A stretch of 64,000 bases of DNA, taken from positions 1,860,001-1,924,000 of the forward strand of contig VRMN01000002.1 in NCBI GenBank assembly GCA_008690995.1, in the 5' to 3' direction. Numbering within the stretch: the stretch's first letter is position 1; each line of letters begins with the position of its first letter. Below, in pieces: positions 53,195 to 64,000 of this stretch. This stretch comes from Porphyridium purpureum (taxonomy: Eukaryota). The position numbers and the translations under genes are program-made. Below the pieces are notes generated by a model. It had not been told where the DNA came from, did no database searches, and was given only the letters and a program-made list of their open reading frames with translations.

Positions 53195-53620
53195 GGCCAA
53201 TCTTCTCTTCGTTCCTACCTGCTGCCTCCTCCCCTTCCTGTGCTCCTGCCGCTCGCGCTTGGACTTCTGGACGAGGCAGATTAGACACAGACCGCCGCCG
53301 CGCCCGCCCTTCGCGCTTATATGCACACTTGCACGCAGGCCAGCCTTGCTGCTCACGCGCTGGATCACGTGTGGCGTCGAGATCTTGGCTGCGTTGCCAC
53401 CTTGCTAGCGCTTTCAAGGCATGTGTCCACTTGAAATACGCGCGCCAGCTCAGATGGCGATAGATTTTTGTTCTCAATTCGCGCGTTCATAGTTTAAATT
53501 CAGACCGTGTGAAATGGAAGTACAGTTCAATGCGATAAGAAGTACAGTTGCCTTTGAGAGGTACTGTGGCGTGCGCATGACCTGTGCGCGACTGGTTGAC
53601 GGCCCAGTTGGTGCGAGTTG

Positions 53621-54646
53621 ATGAGCTGCGCGCATGACGGCGCGCATGCGCTAGACGACGGTATGGCAGTGGTACCGACGCGCGGGGCTCCGTATAAGCG
53701 CGCGCTTTTGATCCTCGTCCTTCATGCGGTGAGCACCGTGCAAGACCTCTTTGTGGGCGTGCGCGTCGCACATTCGTACAGCATCTACCTCGCAGGGCTC
53801 CAGATGCTGGACACCGTCGGTCTCATCTTTGCTTGCATGGCGCTCAGGTTCTCTGCTCTTCATGGCTCCAGAGCGTGCGCGCAGTACACGTTTGGGTATG
53901 ACCGGATGATGGTGCTGGCGGGGTTCACCCTGGTGATGATTCTCATCTTCACGGCCTTGCTGCGCATCGTGAGTGCGCTGCAGGTCGCATTTGGAGCCGG
54001 CCTGCTTGCGGCAGGGAAGCGGAACCACGTACCAGACGCCACTCTCTTGCACTTTGTCGTTAGCGTGATCGGAACTGTGATGTTCTTCCCCATGCGGCAT
54101 GTGCGCAGGCTTCAGAAGAGTTCGCAGAGGGAGCCAACGACAAGATTGGTCTCAGGAGAGCCTGGAGCAGCACCAGCAGGGGGTATCATGACACTGCCGA
54201 GGTTTGCGTTTGACGATGTGACGGAAGGATTATTCTTGCATTCGGCTGGTGACCTTCTGCACGCCACCTCCCATGCGCTCCTGAACTGGATGGCAGTAAA
54301 CGCCTTGCAGCGTACGTGGGTGAGCGCGTTGCTTTCCATAGTCATGGCTCTAATTATGGTCATGGTGACGCTGCCGTTGCTGCGCCGCACGTCTTTGACG
54401 TTGATGCGTGAAAATCCGCCCGAGACGCGGCAAGTGAAAGAACGCCTCGCGGAGCTTCGGGAGAAAATGAGCTTCCGAGTTACGGACGCGCAGTTTTGGT
54501 GTACCGCCACTGGCAAGACGGTAGGCATGTTGTACATCCAAATTCCGTCAAATGGTGTGGAGGACGAGTACGTGGCGTACTTTCATGAGGTGCTGGGTGG
54601 TCTCATCGGCAACTTGACCGTACAGGTCGAGCGCGACATCTCGTAG
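53621..54646 (+). CDS. Cation diffusion facilitator, ZnT6/MTP5-like
   Basis: YTFGYDRMMVLAGF, GLFLHSAGD, LLRRTSLTLM...P, C-terminal LTVQVE. The TM2 HxxxD site is degenerate (QMLD). Confidence 0.85.
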   Translation: MSCAHDGAHALDDGMAVVPTRGAPYKRALLILVLHAVSTVQDLFVGVRVAHSYSIYLAGLQMLDTVGLIFACMALRFSALHGSRACAQYTFGYDRMMVLAGFTLVMILIFTALLRIVSALQVAFGAGLLAAGKRNHVPDATLLHFVVSVIGTVMFFPMRHVRRLQKSSQREPTTRLVSGEPGAAPAGGIMTLPRFAFDDVTEGLFLHSAGDLLHATSHALLNWMAVNALQRTWVSALLSIVMALIMVMVTLPLLRRTSLTLMRENPPETRQVKERLAELREKMSFRVTDAQFWCTATGKTVGMLYIQIPSNGVEDEYVAYFHEVLGGLIGNLTVQVERDIS

Positions 54647-55329
54647 AAGCGAAAGAACCCACAACGTCTGGTGTACCACGATGTGCAGGATGAAAAGCCA
54701 TTTTCCCCCCAATAGGATCACAAAACTTTGGCAAAATGCAGTGCAGGCTTTTTCATCGCGGAAAGCGAATGCAATTTAATATCGGACATGAGAAGCATGA
54801 TGCCGAAGCCGCCGATGTCTTTTTCGCCCATGTACGGTTGCCATGTTCTTCTCGACATTGTACATCATCGGTGCGGGCACATTTAATTTTTGTGACGAAG
54901 ACGGGCGAGCACTTGCGGGGCATAGATGTCGAGCGCGAAGCCGTTGACAGTATCAGCGGCGAGTCGAGTCGCAATGAGCCAGTGGATGCAACCGATCTTC
55001 TGGGCGTGCTCTAGCTGCCTGGGCATGAATACAATCGCACCCGCACTGTTTTGAATCTCAGGAGTTGTGGCTGCTGGAATCCACGCAAGACCCAAATGTT
55101 GGCACTTACCAGACCCCTTCTTCCATACACATCAGGAGAAAACAGCTTGTTGGCATGCTGTACCTTGATAAGGTTTGGGAGTCGACACGCTTGGATCAGG
55201 TGAGCGCGAAACAAGGGCGACAGACAAGCCCCTCCCTGGCGTCTTTGTGTATTGCAGGCGAACCACGAAAAAGATGCAGCGGCGCACTCAGCCTGCGTGA
55301 TGTCGGCCTGTGCTTGAATGAGCCGATCT

Positions 55330-56300
55330 GCTCTCCGCAGGAGCGAACCGAAGACTTCTTCAAAAGAGCACGCTAGCCAAATCCTGGACGCGGTAACATG
55401 GCTGTGTGCTTTCAGCGCGCAATGTACGATGGCGGATGATCGAGTGGCTCGTGCATTACTTTGCGCATGGTGTAGACCGCGTTTCTGTCTATCAGAACGA
55501 GGCAGACGGCTACATCGAAGCCTTCCTTCGCACCTTCATCCATCAGATCAAGGTCACCACTGTGAATTCTGCAAAAGATTCTTGTGAAGCCCCATTTGAC
55601 CGAGTTCAGTCCACCAGCTTCATCAATGGCCTCCGGACGCCACGTTTTAAGTACGACTGGGATGGAATCTTTGATGTTGATGAGTTGTTTGTCGCCAGTT
55701 CGGAACCGAGAGAGAAGCTTGTCCACTTTCTCGACCAGCATGAGTTCGCGAATGCGAGCTCTATCCGTATGCCAACTATCAAGCACTGTTTTGGGTCAGA
55801 CGTTTTTGTCTGATATCGAATGTTGATCATGTGAAAAAATTTCAGAGCTTTCGGAGTTCGGTATTGCAAGGCGTGTCTCGCTTCGATGGTGAAAATTAGA
55901 CATCTGCAAAAATGCTTTTTGCCCGCACCTGGCAGGATATGCATGGGTGGACACGATCAAGTACGTCCAGACACCATCCTTGGGTATCAGTTGAGTGCCA
56001 AGCGGCGCGTGTTTTATCCACATCCAAGCGACAGAGCTGCCCCAGAGGATTGGTTTTCATATTTGGGTCGTGCACGCTGTGATCCCGGCCTGCGTCGAAT
56101 CGATACAGACGAGCCCTGGCTGGATCTCTGTGGCAGACGTGCTAGTGCTCGTGCAAAGTGAGTGGCGTACTGCGAGCCGATCTTGCTTTGAGGAGCAGAA
56201 TCAGACGGCGTGGGATCGATTCTACCAGTACTTCAAAGAATACGCGCCGCACATTTATGAAATGACCGGCTTGACCAGTAGACAGTGCTGCCTCACCATC
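55330..56300 (+). pseudogene. Degraded glycosyltransferase family 92 / GT-A-like pseudogene
   Basis: WLCAFS and RNVRWRMIEWLVHYFAHGVDRVSVYQN lie in different frames (shift near 55417). DWDGIFDVDELF follows, with a stop at 55811-55813 and further fragments in other frames. Boundaries are approximate. Confidence 0.65.
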
Positions 56301-56533
56301 GGTGCCTACGCAGGTTTTCGTACTCATGCAAAGCATGCATTCCTCGTACATGCCTTTGCCACCTCGATGGCTTAAAACAGACAGCCCTGTCGCAGTCGAC
56401 TTTTTATGCAGAATCGGAATGCACGCGCGCGAGCATGATCAGCGCTATCAACATTCTGGTTTGTTTGTATTTTTTATCTGTATTTAGTCTGTTTTTTCTG
56501 TCCGTAGCACTTGTACATGTACATGTCACGACT

Positions 56534-58960
56534 TTACCGCTGCTCTAACAAGAAGGCGAGTTCAATCGCTGCCTCTCTTGCACCGCCGTCGCTGTCGCCG
56601 CCAAAGTGAGTCACATCCATTTCATCGGTAGTAAAGAGGATCCATCGCGTCTGAACTCGAAATGGCGTATCGCGTAGTTCAGCTGTCAGCCTCATGATGT
56701 ACGAGGCAACCATCCAATCCGGCACGCGCTTGTCATTATGTGCCGCTGTCACGAGCATTTGCGGGATTTGAGTTAGACTCGCAGAGTCTGAGGCACTTCC
56801 ATGATCCCCGGCAACGGATGCGCTCGCCGCTTTGTGCAATTTGAAAATGTTGTGGGAGGGACAGTAATCCATAATGGTGCTTAATGCATGTAGGCCCGAC
56901 TTGGCGTGGCCCCACTCATCGCGTTCATGCGCTGAAAGGGGGACCGCAGGGTCGAGACTTGCGCGCGTGACGTCCACAAACGGAACTCGCAGAATAACCT
57001 TCTCGAACGAAGCGGGGCTCTCATTGATCGCAGCCGCTAGCGCCAATCCGCCTGCTGACGTAGCTTTTCCGAAGAAGCGCCGATAGCCGAGCCGGGATTC
57101 CAGGTAATTCCGCACGCGAAAAAGGTCACGAATGGAATTTTGTTTCAAGCTTGCGCGACCCTGGCGATGCCACTCGGGGCCCAGCTCCCCGCCTCCCCGC
57201 ACATGTGCAAACCCAAGCGAGATGCCTTGCTCAAGGAAGGCCAAATACTCTGCGCGGAAGCGCGTATCTAAACTAACACCATAAGCACCGTAAACATGAA
57301 GTAGAATATCGCTCGCGCTTCGGTTTTTGCGACTTTCAATCAGCGTTATTGGAACTGGCGGATGCTGACCGTCCTGTGTATACACCAAGCGACTTGTCAC
57401 ATCGCCAAGGCTTGCGGCGACATCAGGCGAAAGCAGGCGCGGTTCCAGCTTTTGCAACACGCGCGGAGGACGTGTGGACTCGAATTCATGCTCGCACAAA
57501 ATGTCCGGACCGACCGGCGATCCAATTGAAAATGTGATGCTTGAGGCATCGAAATTCATGTTCGCGCTCGCCTGTACAGCTGATATTGGATATTCGCGAG
57601 GCACTACGGCGGCCAGCGGAATGCGCCAACCAGGCGTTGGCAAGCCACCGTCCCTTCGCCGACCTGGGGAATGATTCTTCCCACTCGGTGTGTTCTTGCC
57701 GATTTGAAAAGGTGCATCGGACGCACTGCTTCTCGTAACAGCCGACTCATTCCAGGGAAGCACCTCGACGCTCGGTTTCATGCTGGGAATATCTCTGCAG
57801 TACAAAACCAGATGCGTTCGAAAAACGTCCATGTCAAGGATGATGGTGTTTGGACGATGGGCGACGAATGGAACCCACTCGTTTGCGCTTTGGAGTGTGC
57901 TGTGGGAGCACGTAAAGACGGCAAAGTTGTGAGCGCCGCCTCTATTGGTCAGCAACACAAACTCATTGTCATTCTTGTCCTGTACGACGTAGAGCACGCC
58001 TGGCTCTCGTTTGAGTGCCAGCTTGGCCTGCGGTATGCCGGTGCGTGGCTCTTTAGTGTCCCCAGCCTGAACACCGTTTGCCCCTACCGATGACACAATC
58101 CACGTCTCGCTGCTTGTCTTTGATGAGCTCGAGATGAAGATGTGGGCTCCTGTCCGGCTGCGCGACATCTCTACGAAGAATGATGGATCCTTTTCCTGAA
58201 AAAGCACATTCCGTGGAGACCGCACATCTTGTCTGTAGTATACAGTGTCGGCCAGCAGCGAGCTTGCTGGTCTTTCGCATCCTACACTGGTATACATGAT
58301 GGCCTTGCTATCATTCAACCACGCCACGCTTGTAGCGTGATCGACAAAGACAGGCTTCGGGTCATCGGCGGCATCAATGCTGCGCACGAAGAGCGAGTAC
58401 TGCTCGTCACCGCTCAGGTCGACAATGTACGCAAGTCGAGAGTGATCTGGACTCACCTGCATCGCGTGTAGATGCACAAACTTTTCCTCGCTCGACGCTT
58501 GCACAAGAGGCAGATCCAGCACGACCTGCTCGCCATCTATATCGGCACTGCTGCCTGTGTTTGCGCAAGGCGCTTGCGGTACCGCTTCACCCTGCCGCCT
58601 TCGCACAAAAACGGGCGGCTGATCTTGGCCCTGTGCGGGTGAGTCCCGGACATAGTATACAAATGGCCCGGACTGCTCGCCCACTATTGAGTCCGCGCCG
58701 CGATCGGCACCATGTCGCGCCCCGACAATGGCGCGGTCAATTATAGTCTGTCTATGCTCGATCGTGTGCTGGAAAGCCGCAATCCTCGTAGCATTTGGCT
58801 TGAGGAACAGCGTCCGAAACATGCCATTCCAGTCGGCGTAGAAGTCATCTGCGATCTTCCCCCAGGCATCGGAGGATCCGCTTGGGCGCTCCAGCCAAAG
58901 GAAGGAACGGCCTAGCGTTATGCGCGCAGTAAGCGCACGAAGCAGGCGCGAGAGGCCCAT
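56534..58960 (-). CDS. Prolyl oligopeptidase family S9A (oligopeptidase B/PREPL-like)
   Basis: VSPDHSRLAY.VD.SGDE.Y, YGAYG, AHVRGGGELG..WH..G, TSAGG nucleophile, RVPFVDV, DKRVP, HFGG. Confidence 0.92.
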   Translation of the reverse strand: MGLSRLLRALTARITLGRSFLWLERPSGSSDAWGKIADDFYADWNGMFRTLFLKPNATRIAAFQHTIEHRQTIIDRAIVGARHGADRGADSIVGEQSGPFVYYVRDSPAQGQDQPPVFVRRRQGEAVPQAPCANTGSSADIDGEQVVLDLPLVQASSEEKFVHLHAMQVSPDHSRLAYIVDLSGDEQYSLFVRSIDAADDPKPVFVDHATSVAWLNDSKAIMYTSVGCERPASSLLADTVYYRQDVRSPRNVLFQEKDPSFFVEMSRSRTGAHIFISSSSKTSSETWIVSSVGANGVQAGDTKEPRTGIPQAKLALKREPGVLYVVQDKNDNEFVLLTNRGGAHNFAVFTCSHSTLQSANEWVPFVAHRPNTIILDMDVFRTHLVLYCRDIPSMKPSVEVLPWNESAVTRSSASDAPFQIGKNTPSGKNHSPGRRRDGGLPTPGWRIPLAAVVPREYPISAVQASANMNFDASSITFSIGSPVGPDILCEHEFESTRPPRVLQKLEPRLLSPDVAASLGDVTSRLVYTQDGQHPPVPITLIESRKNRSASDILLHVYGAYGVSLDTRFRAEYLAFLEQGISLGFAHVRGGGELGPEWHRQGRASLKQNSIRDLFRVRNYLESRLGYRRFFGKATSAGGLALAAAINESPASFEKVILRVPFVDVTRASLDPAVPLSAHERDEWGHAKSGLHALSTIMDYCPSHNIFKLHKAASASVAGDHGSASDSASLTQIPQMLVTAAHNDKRVPDWMVASYIMRLTAELRDTPFRVQTRWILFTTDEMDVTHFGGDSDGGAREAAIELAFLLEQR

Positions 58961-60993
58961 ACGTTACGGCGGCTCGCGGACCGGTCGAGAAGCAAAGGAT
59001 CGAACTCTCTTCTAACATTCTATGTTCGCGCCAGAAAGGAGCTGCTATTTTTTCGCCAGTCAGTATGAGAGGCAGAAAACGATAGTGTCGGTGCGCGAGG
59101 GGAAAACTTGGACTTCCAGCAGAGACGCGAACGGGTCTGTCCGGGGTTTGGTAATCTGGCTGACCGGCACTCTAGGACGAGGCACCAGAACATGAGAAGT
59201 GGGCCTTTTGTACAGGTCGGTGCGCGCCTGCACAGTTTGAGCAGCGTTTGACAAGGCCGATTTGTTCAGAATGGCCACGGGCTTGATGACCGGCGAACAA
59301 ACAAGTCACGTGCGTGCGCATGAGAGGATTGGCTCGCCGTCTCGCTCGGTAGCTGACGTTAAGTGTGTGGTGCGATTCAACGAAGACGCGTCCTACGAAC
59401 AGGTGGGCACGAGGGCCATAAGGGAACAAATGCCGGCACTGCGCGTGCCTTTGTGCAACGCGCGGCGACATTGCACGATGGCCAAGAATGATCCCGTCGT
59501 CTGCCAGCAAGGCGCGCGCGGCGCTCGATATCCCATGTCTGTCAGACGTCGAACATCACCGTGCACGAAGCTGGGGCCTGCCCGACCCTCCCGCGCGCGC
59601 TCCAACCGGCAGTGGCCCATCTCCCAAGGCGTCGCATCGCGCGCTGCGTTTACAGCTGGCCACGCAGCCCGCGCACGTAGCCACTGCGACGGACCGTGCG
59701 TCACCTACCTGTCACGCATGATCATGTATTCCCCATGGCAAGACACTCTCCCTCCATCTGCCACACCAAACTCTTCCGTCCACGTCTGCACCGCTGCGCC
59801 ACCCGCCCCCCCTCGCACATCAAGTCGCGACGGCGCGCGCTCGATCCGCGTGCTGGCCGGCTCGGCGAGGTACAGTGCTTCCATCCTGCTCAGCACAAAG
59901 TCCCGGTCAGCGTGCAAGCCGCCCGTTGTTGTTTTTGTTGTTGCATTGCCACGTCATAATGACATCACTCTGCCCCAGATGCGGGTGTTTTGTATCTTTT
60001 ATGGCTCGCGTGCACGCTCGTGCGTTTTTGTGTAACAAGGCGGAGCGTGTGAGATTTTAGCGCCGTTCACCAAACACCAGCAAAGATCTTTTGGTGCGTC
60101 TCTTCCACCTCTTGGTTACTGGCTTAATTGTTTAATTTTTTTTCGATCAGTTGGCATGGAAACCGTAAATAAAAGTAATTTGGGGTCTAAGGCCCGGTTT
60201 TGTTTTTTCCGGTGAATCAGGAGGATTTAGGGGGCATGCAAGTTTTATTCTGTTTGTCAATTTTTTGCACGCGTCACGCCAGTCCTAATTGGACAAAAAC
60301 AGCTCATGACTGACGCGAATGAACGCACGACCGATGACGGCGTCTTAGTCGCATGCGGGCAGCAGCCAGCTTATCGATCCTGTCCGCCCACAACCTCCTC
60401 CGGGAATCAAAAGAGCAGAAGAAAATATCGCGTCACGGCGTGCAATCGTCTTTCTATTTTTTCTGGACGTCTCATCGGTGTTGCACGGCCCCGCCTCATG
60501 ATTTTGAAACGGTTTGCCCGATAGGCAAACACGCGCGTGCTCGCCAGCAAAAGAACAGCCGAATCGCAACTGACGCGTTGGCGGGCGGGCGGACAGGCTG
60601 GTCGCGCGCGGATTGATTCCAAGAGCCAACTTGGTCTGAACGTATGAATGAGCGAACTTAAAATATCGAGCAGCGGGCAAGCGACCTGGCTGCGTCGGCA
60701 GGCGAGAGAGACATGTGCGACGCGGGAAAACGGCGGAGCGAGATCAGACGCCGAAAACACTCAAGAGCAAACAAAGCGGGCAAGACACACACGCCAAGCG
60801 CACGCTAGGGGGCGCAGAAGAACGCATTCGGGCAACAGGACAAGCCGCCACGAGTCGGCAGCGACCGCTCAATTCTCTCCGTCCCGTGCATGCAGAACAG
60901 CTGCTGAAGCAAGCCGGTGCGCAAGTTGAGCGTCTCTCGTGAGTCAGAGCCCACGCACAGAGTGTCTCCACGAGACTTGCACGGCCAGTATCC

Positions 60994-61599
60994 ATGGAAC
61001 AAGTCGTCCCAGAATTCCGCCTGCTCCTTGCGATGCCGCATGAAGACGAAGCGCAGGAATTCGACGGCTCTTGGGCGGCAAGCCCCTCACTTTTCGACAT
61101 ATTGGCTCCGCCAAAGGTAAGCTTTGCCAATCAAGTCCGACGGGAGCAGCGCGAGCTAGAGCTGCTTCTTGACCCGTCATTTGGTGCTCACGAGCCTGAC
61201 GAGTGCGACAAGGCATGCATGGCGAGTGACCAAGTTGTGAGTGTCTGCACCGACATGACGCGTTCTCCTGTGCTTACCGACAAGCATTGTGTCCGGCTTT
61301 ATTCAAGAAGCGATCCAGCAAACGGCGAATGGATGCTTCCTGCACTGCAGATGCCGGACTCGTACTGGGAAAGAATCATGGCCCATCATAATATACACGC
61401 AGATGTGGCGCGCTACGCCTCATGCAAGGCCGCCCGCGCGGCTACCAAGCGAAGGTGCAGTGAGAAGAGACGATTGCGACGCGAGCGCACTGAGCACTTG
61501 CCCAAATACATTCGTAGGTCTAGAATCGCGTCCGCGCGGCCTCGAGTCGGCGGACGCTTCATTAAGCGCGAGCCAGAGTCAAACAATCAGCTCTACTAG
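60994..61599 (+). CDS. CCT-motif protein
   Basis: C-terminal KY..R..IASARPRVGGRFIK matches the CCT (CO/COL/TOC1) motif. Confidence 0.75.
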   Translation: MEQVVPEFRLLLAMPHEDEAQEFDGSWAASPSLFDILAPPKVSFANQVRREQRELELLLDPSFGAHEPDECDKACMASDQVVSVCTDMTRSPVLTDKHCVRLYSRSDPANGEWMLPALQMPDSYWERIMAHHNIHADVARYASCKAARAATKRRCSEKRRLRRERTEHLPKYIRRSRIASARPRVGGRFIKREPESNNQLY

Positions 61600-62035
61600 T
61601 GGTCTGATTTGCTCTACGTTGCGAGTATAGGAAGACTCTGTCGCTCGGCTCCCTGATGACGAAGCGCTTGCTCCACAGCGCCTCGACATATGCTTATAGA
61701 TTCATTGTGCAGAATAGGAACGTGTGCTGCATGTACAAACCTGAATATTCTTGTTAAAAAAACAACCTGCGCATCCGCCCTCGCACGCCCGCCCGCCCCG
61801 TTACCTATCCAGACACGAAGGCTCGAGGTGTAAGGTGCGGCAGACACTCATGAAGATCTGGTCAAAGCCTAGTGATTTACGCATCAGCGTCCGTGGAGTA
61901 GCAAGAAGCACACCCAGCTCATAATGGTCGAAACCAGCGTGACTGGACTCCTGGAGACCGAGCGAGATCCGAAACGCCGCGGAGGAGCACGCTTCCGTTT
62001 ATGCGAGCGGAGCGTCGAGCCTCAACGCCTACGCC

Positions 62036-62443
62036 CTAGACCTTCGGCGGAGCGCCCGGCACCTCTTCACCAGCTACCATGGCAAGCTCCTTCATGCTCG
62101 TGGCGCCGTCGATGCTGGCTTTCATTTGCAGCAGGTAGCGTACGCGCTGCGTCCTGCGCCGGTCACGGCGAATGACAAACTTGACGTCTGTGATATCCGG
62201 TCGATCTCTCTTGCGAATGTGCGCTACTTCTGTAGTTTTGGAGACCAAGTTGAACAAATGATCCAGCAGGATCTCTTCCATCATGTCGACGGCCGCTTTA
62301 CTCGGCCGCACTGCGTCACCAAAGCCGTACATCATCCCGCGCAGCTCTTGCGCAAAAATCCGCGGCAGCGTCTTGCGGCCCGTTGTCCCAGACACGCAGC
62401 GGCTTGCACCGTCCGTATTTTCTCCTCCAACGAGCCCTTCCAT
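62036..62443 (-). CDS. TAF13: TFIID subunit 13
   Basis: FAQELRGMMYGFGD...VDMMEEIL...DVKFVIRRD....RVRYLL.M. Start uncertain. Confidence 0.88.
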   Translation of the reverse strand: MEGLVGGENTDGASRCVSGTTGRKTLPRIFAQELRGMMYGFGDAVRPSKAAVDMMEEILLDHLFNLVSKTTEVAHIRKRDRPDITDVKFVIRRDRRRTQRVRYLLQMKASIDGATSMKELAMVAGEEVPGAPPKV

Positions 62444-63487
62444 ATCTTCACGTTCTGCGTTTGGTCCGGCCTCGGACCACGCTTCGTCTTCTCCGTCCGG
62501 CTTCTGCCTGACGAGCAAGCCGTTTCGTTGCTTTATGATAAAGTCAGGTTATTTTATAAGAAAACCTTGTTTAGGGTGGGCGCACAAGTCTGGAGAATGT
62601 GTTCCGAGCACACTCACACTCTAGCAAGGTCCCTGGACTCGAGCATCTCCATGCCCAGGTCCAGCCTCACAATGCATGGGCGCCCGGAAAGATAACCTTG
62701 GTTCTCAGCCCCGTGCGCATGCGGACATTGCTCTTACTGCTGTCTGATACGTGCCTCGTCTCAGCCGGTGGTTGTGCCTGCTTTTGCTGCAGGGCGAGTT
62801 ACTCGCGCTGGTGCGGCACGCCCAGATCGTACTGTTTTTGTGAGCGCGCGCCGGCCGTCCGCCGCTCCACCAGCCGGGCAGCGAGGTTTCACTCGCGGAC
62901 TTATGCGCCGTCATGTCATGCCTCATGCGTGCCTTGGCGCTGTAGCCACGAGCAGAGGCCGGGACTTGTAGCAGGTGGTGGCGCTGATGCCGTTTGCTCA
63001 ATGACTTCCGCGGCCCTTTGTATCTCCAGCTAGTTCGACTCGATTGCTGCGAGCCGCTCAAAGTCCAACAATTCAATATCCAATTCCCCAGAGCGCCAGA
63101 TTGAGACACCTGTATTTTATTCTGCCGCGTGGCACATTGTGTATCCTTCGATCCTGGCACGTGTGCACCAGCTGTTACTGGAACTCTTCGCGGTAAGAAC
63201 CGTCAGGATACCGCATATGGATAGGCGACCGGACAAACGCTCAGATGGACAGACAACGATGGCACGATGTGTGTCCTTTCGAAACCGCTCGAGTACTGTG
63301 AGGATGTACAGTTGCGATAGTAAGCTATGGAGATCGAGATATGTGTGGTGCGCTGGATGACCGAGTGCGCGTGACGTGTGCGATATAGAAGAAGGCAAGA
63401 CTGGAAGCGACAAAGGCAGTAAGAGAGGAAAGAGGAAGAGTAGGGGTGTGTTGGGGGAGGAGTGGAGCAGGAACGCGAGGCGAGAAG

Positions 63488-64000
63488 ATGAGGTTCTTCG
63501 AGTATGGAACTGTGGCAGTTGCAGCAGGAGCTGGCGGCTTGACGAAGGAGGCTGCCTCGCGCGCGCCGGAATTGGTGGTGGCGTATGAGCAGGGTTTGGT
63601 GTGGGATGGGCGCGATGTCGGCAAGGTGTTTGTGAATGCGCAGCGGATCTGGCCGCAGGGAGGACTGGAGGACGAGCTGCCGAATGTGGAGATCCGGGTC
63701 AAGGTAGAGAGCGAGGATGAGGCGTGGATGCATTGGGGCACGCTCACCAAGTCCACGGGCGCGCAGGAGTGGCGGACACCAGCACCCTTGCTGGGCTCGG
63801 GAATCACCGTCTCGTGCCCCGCGGCAGATGTACACGAGCATGACGCGTGCGCGGCTAGGATCAAACTGCAAAACGCGCAGGAAATGCTGCTCGTCGTGCA
63901 GGGCGCCGCCACAGAAGACGTCGTGGCAGTGCTGTTCTGCATCTTTCTGAAAAAGAGCGACGGACACGAACGCTGGTTCTCCGGGCCAGGTGGAAACGAC
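63488..64000 (+). CDS. N-terminus of a CBM45-type starch-binding protein (glucan water dikinase or alpha-amylase-like), 3' truncated
   Basis: Frame open from ATG 63488 to the window end and absent from the ORF track. It reads ...AWMHWGTL.....EWRTPAP...VLFCIFLK.....WFSGPGGND, matching the CBM45 pattern LHWG...EW..P...FVL...W....G.DF. Confidence 0.72.
   Translation, partial: MRFFEYGTVAVAAGAGGLTKEAASRAPELVVAYEQGLVWDGRDVGKVFVNAQRIWPQGGLEDELPNVEIRVKVESEDEAWMHWGTLTKSTGAQEWRTPAPLLGSGITVSCPAADVHEHDACAARIKLQNAQEMLLVVQGAATEDVVAVLFCIFLKKSDGHERWFSGPGGND

Noticed and set aside
62600..63400. Short ORFs between TAF13 and the CBM45 gene, including a stop-interrupted minus-strand frame (ELLDFERLAAIESN*LEIQRAAEVIEQ)
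   Set aside because: No recognisable domain and multiple stops, so it cannot be distinguished from intergenic sequence.

Overview
Gene-dense, intron-poor, GC-rich eukaryotic nuclear DNA. It is most likely from a unicellular red alga (Porphyridium-like). This is inferred from a Psb31 homologue, 'MAFV'-type plastid transit peptides, a starch branching enzyme without a transit peptide, and very short intergenic spacers. About 37 protein genes can be supported, mostly housekeeping: USP5/UBP14, UKL, NOL-like SDR, NOP10, TM9SF, TKL kinase, GCP2, NIPA, MMAB, PLRG1, PHR2, shikimate kinase, R2R3-MYB, ClpB/Hsp78, Psb31, SBE, mitochondrial RPS2, LIG4, CDF, oligopeptidase B and TAF13. Three genes are missed or fragmented by the ORF track and were rebuilt by hand: spliced NOP10, spliced MMAB, and a CBM45-type gene running off the right edge. 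No rRNA, tRNA, CRISPR or intact transposon was recognised. The most intriguing locus is a prokaryote/virus-like, internally duplicated coiled-coil gene (52550-53194, minus). It is immediately followed by a ~350-nt strand-specific structured, repeat-containing RNA-like element. Other oddities are a PHD finger inserted in a USP catalytic domain, a Kv-like channel with a TGQG filter, stand-alone GARS_N-like and DEP domains, and a decaying GT92 pseudogene. All family assignments come from motif recognition by eye, and no database search was run.
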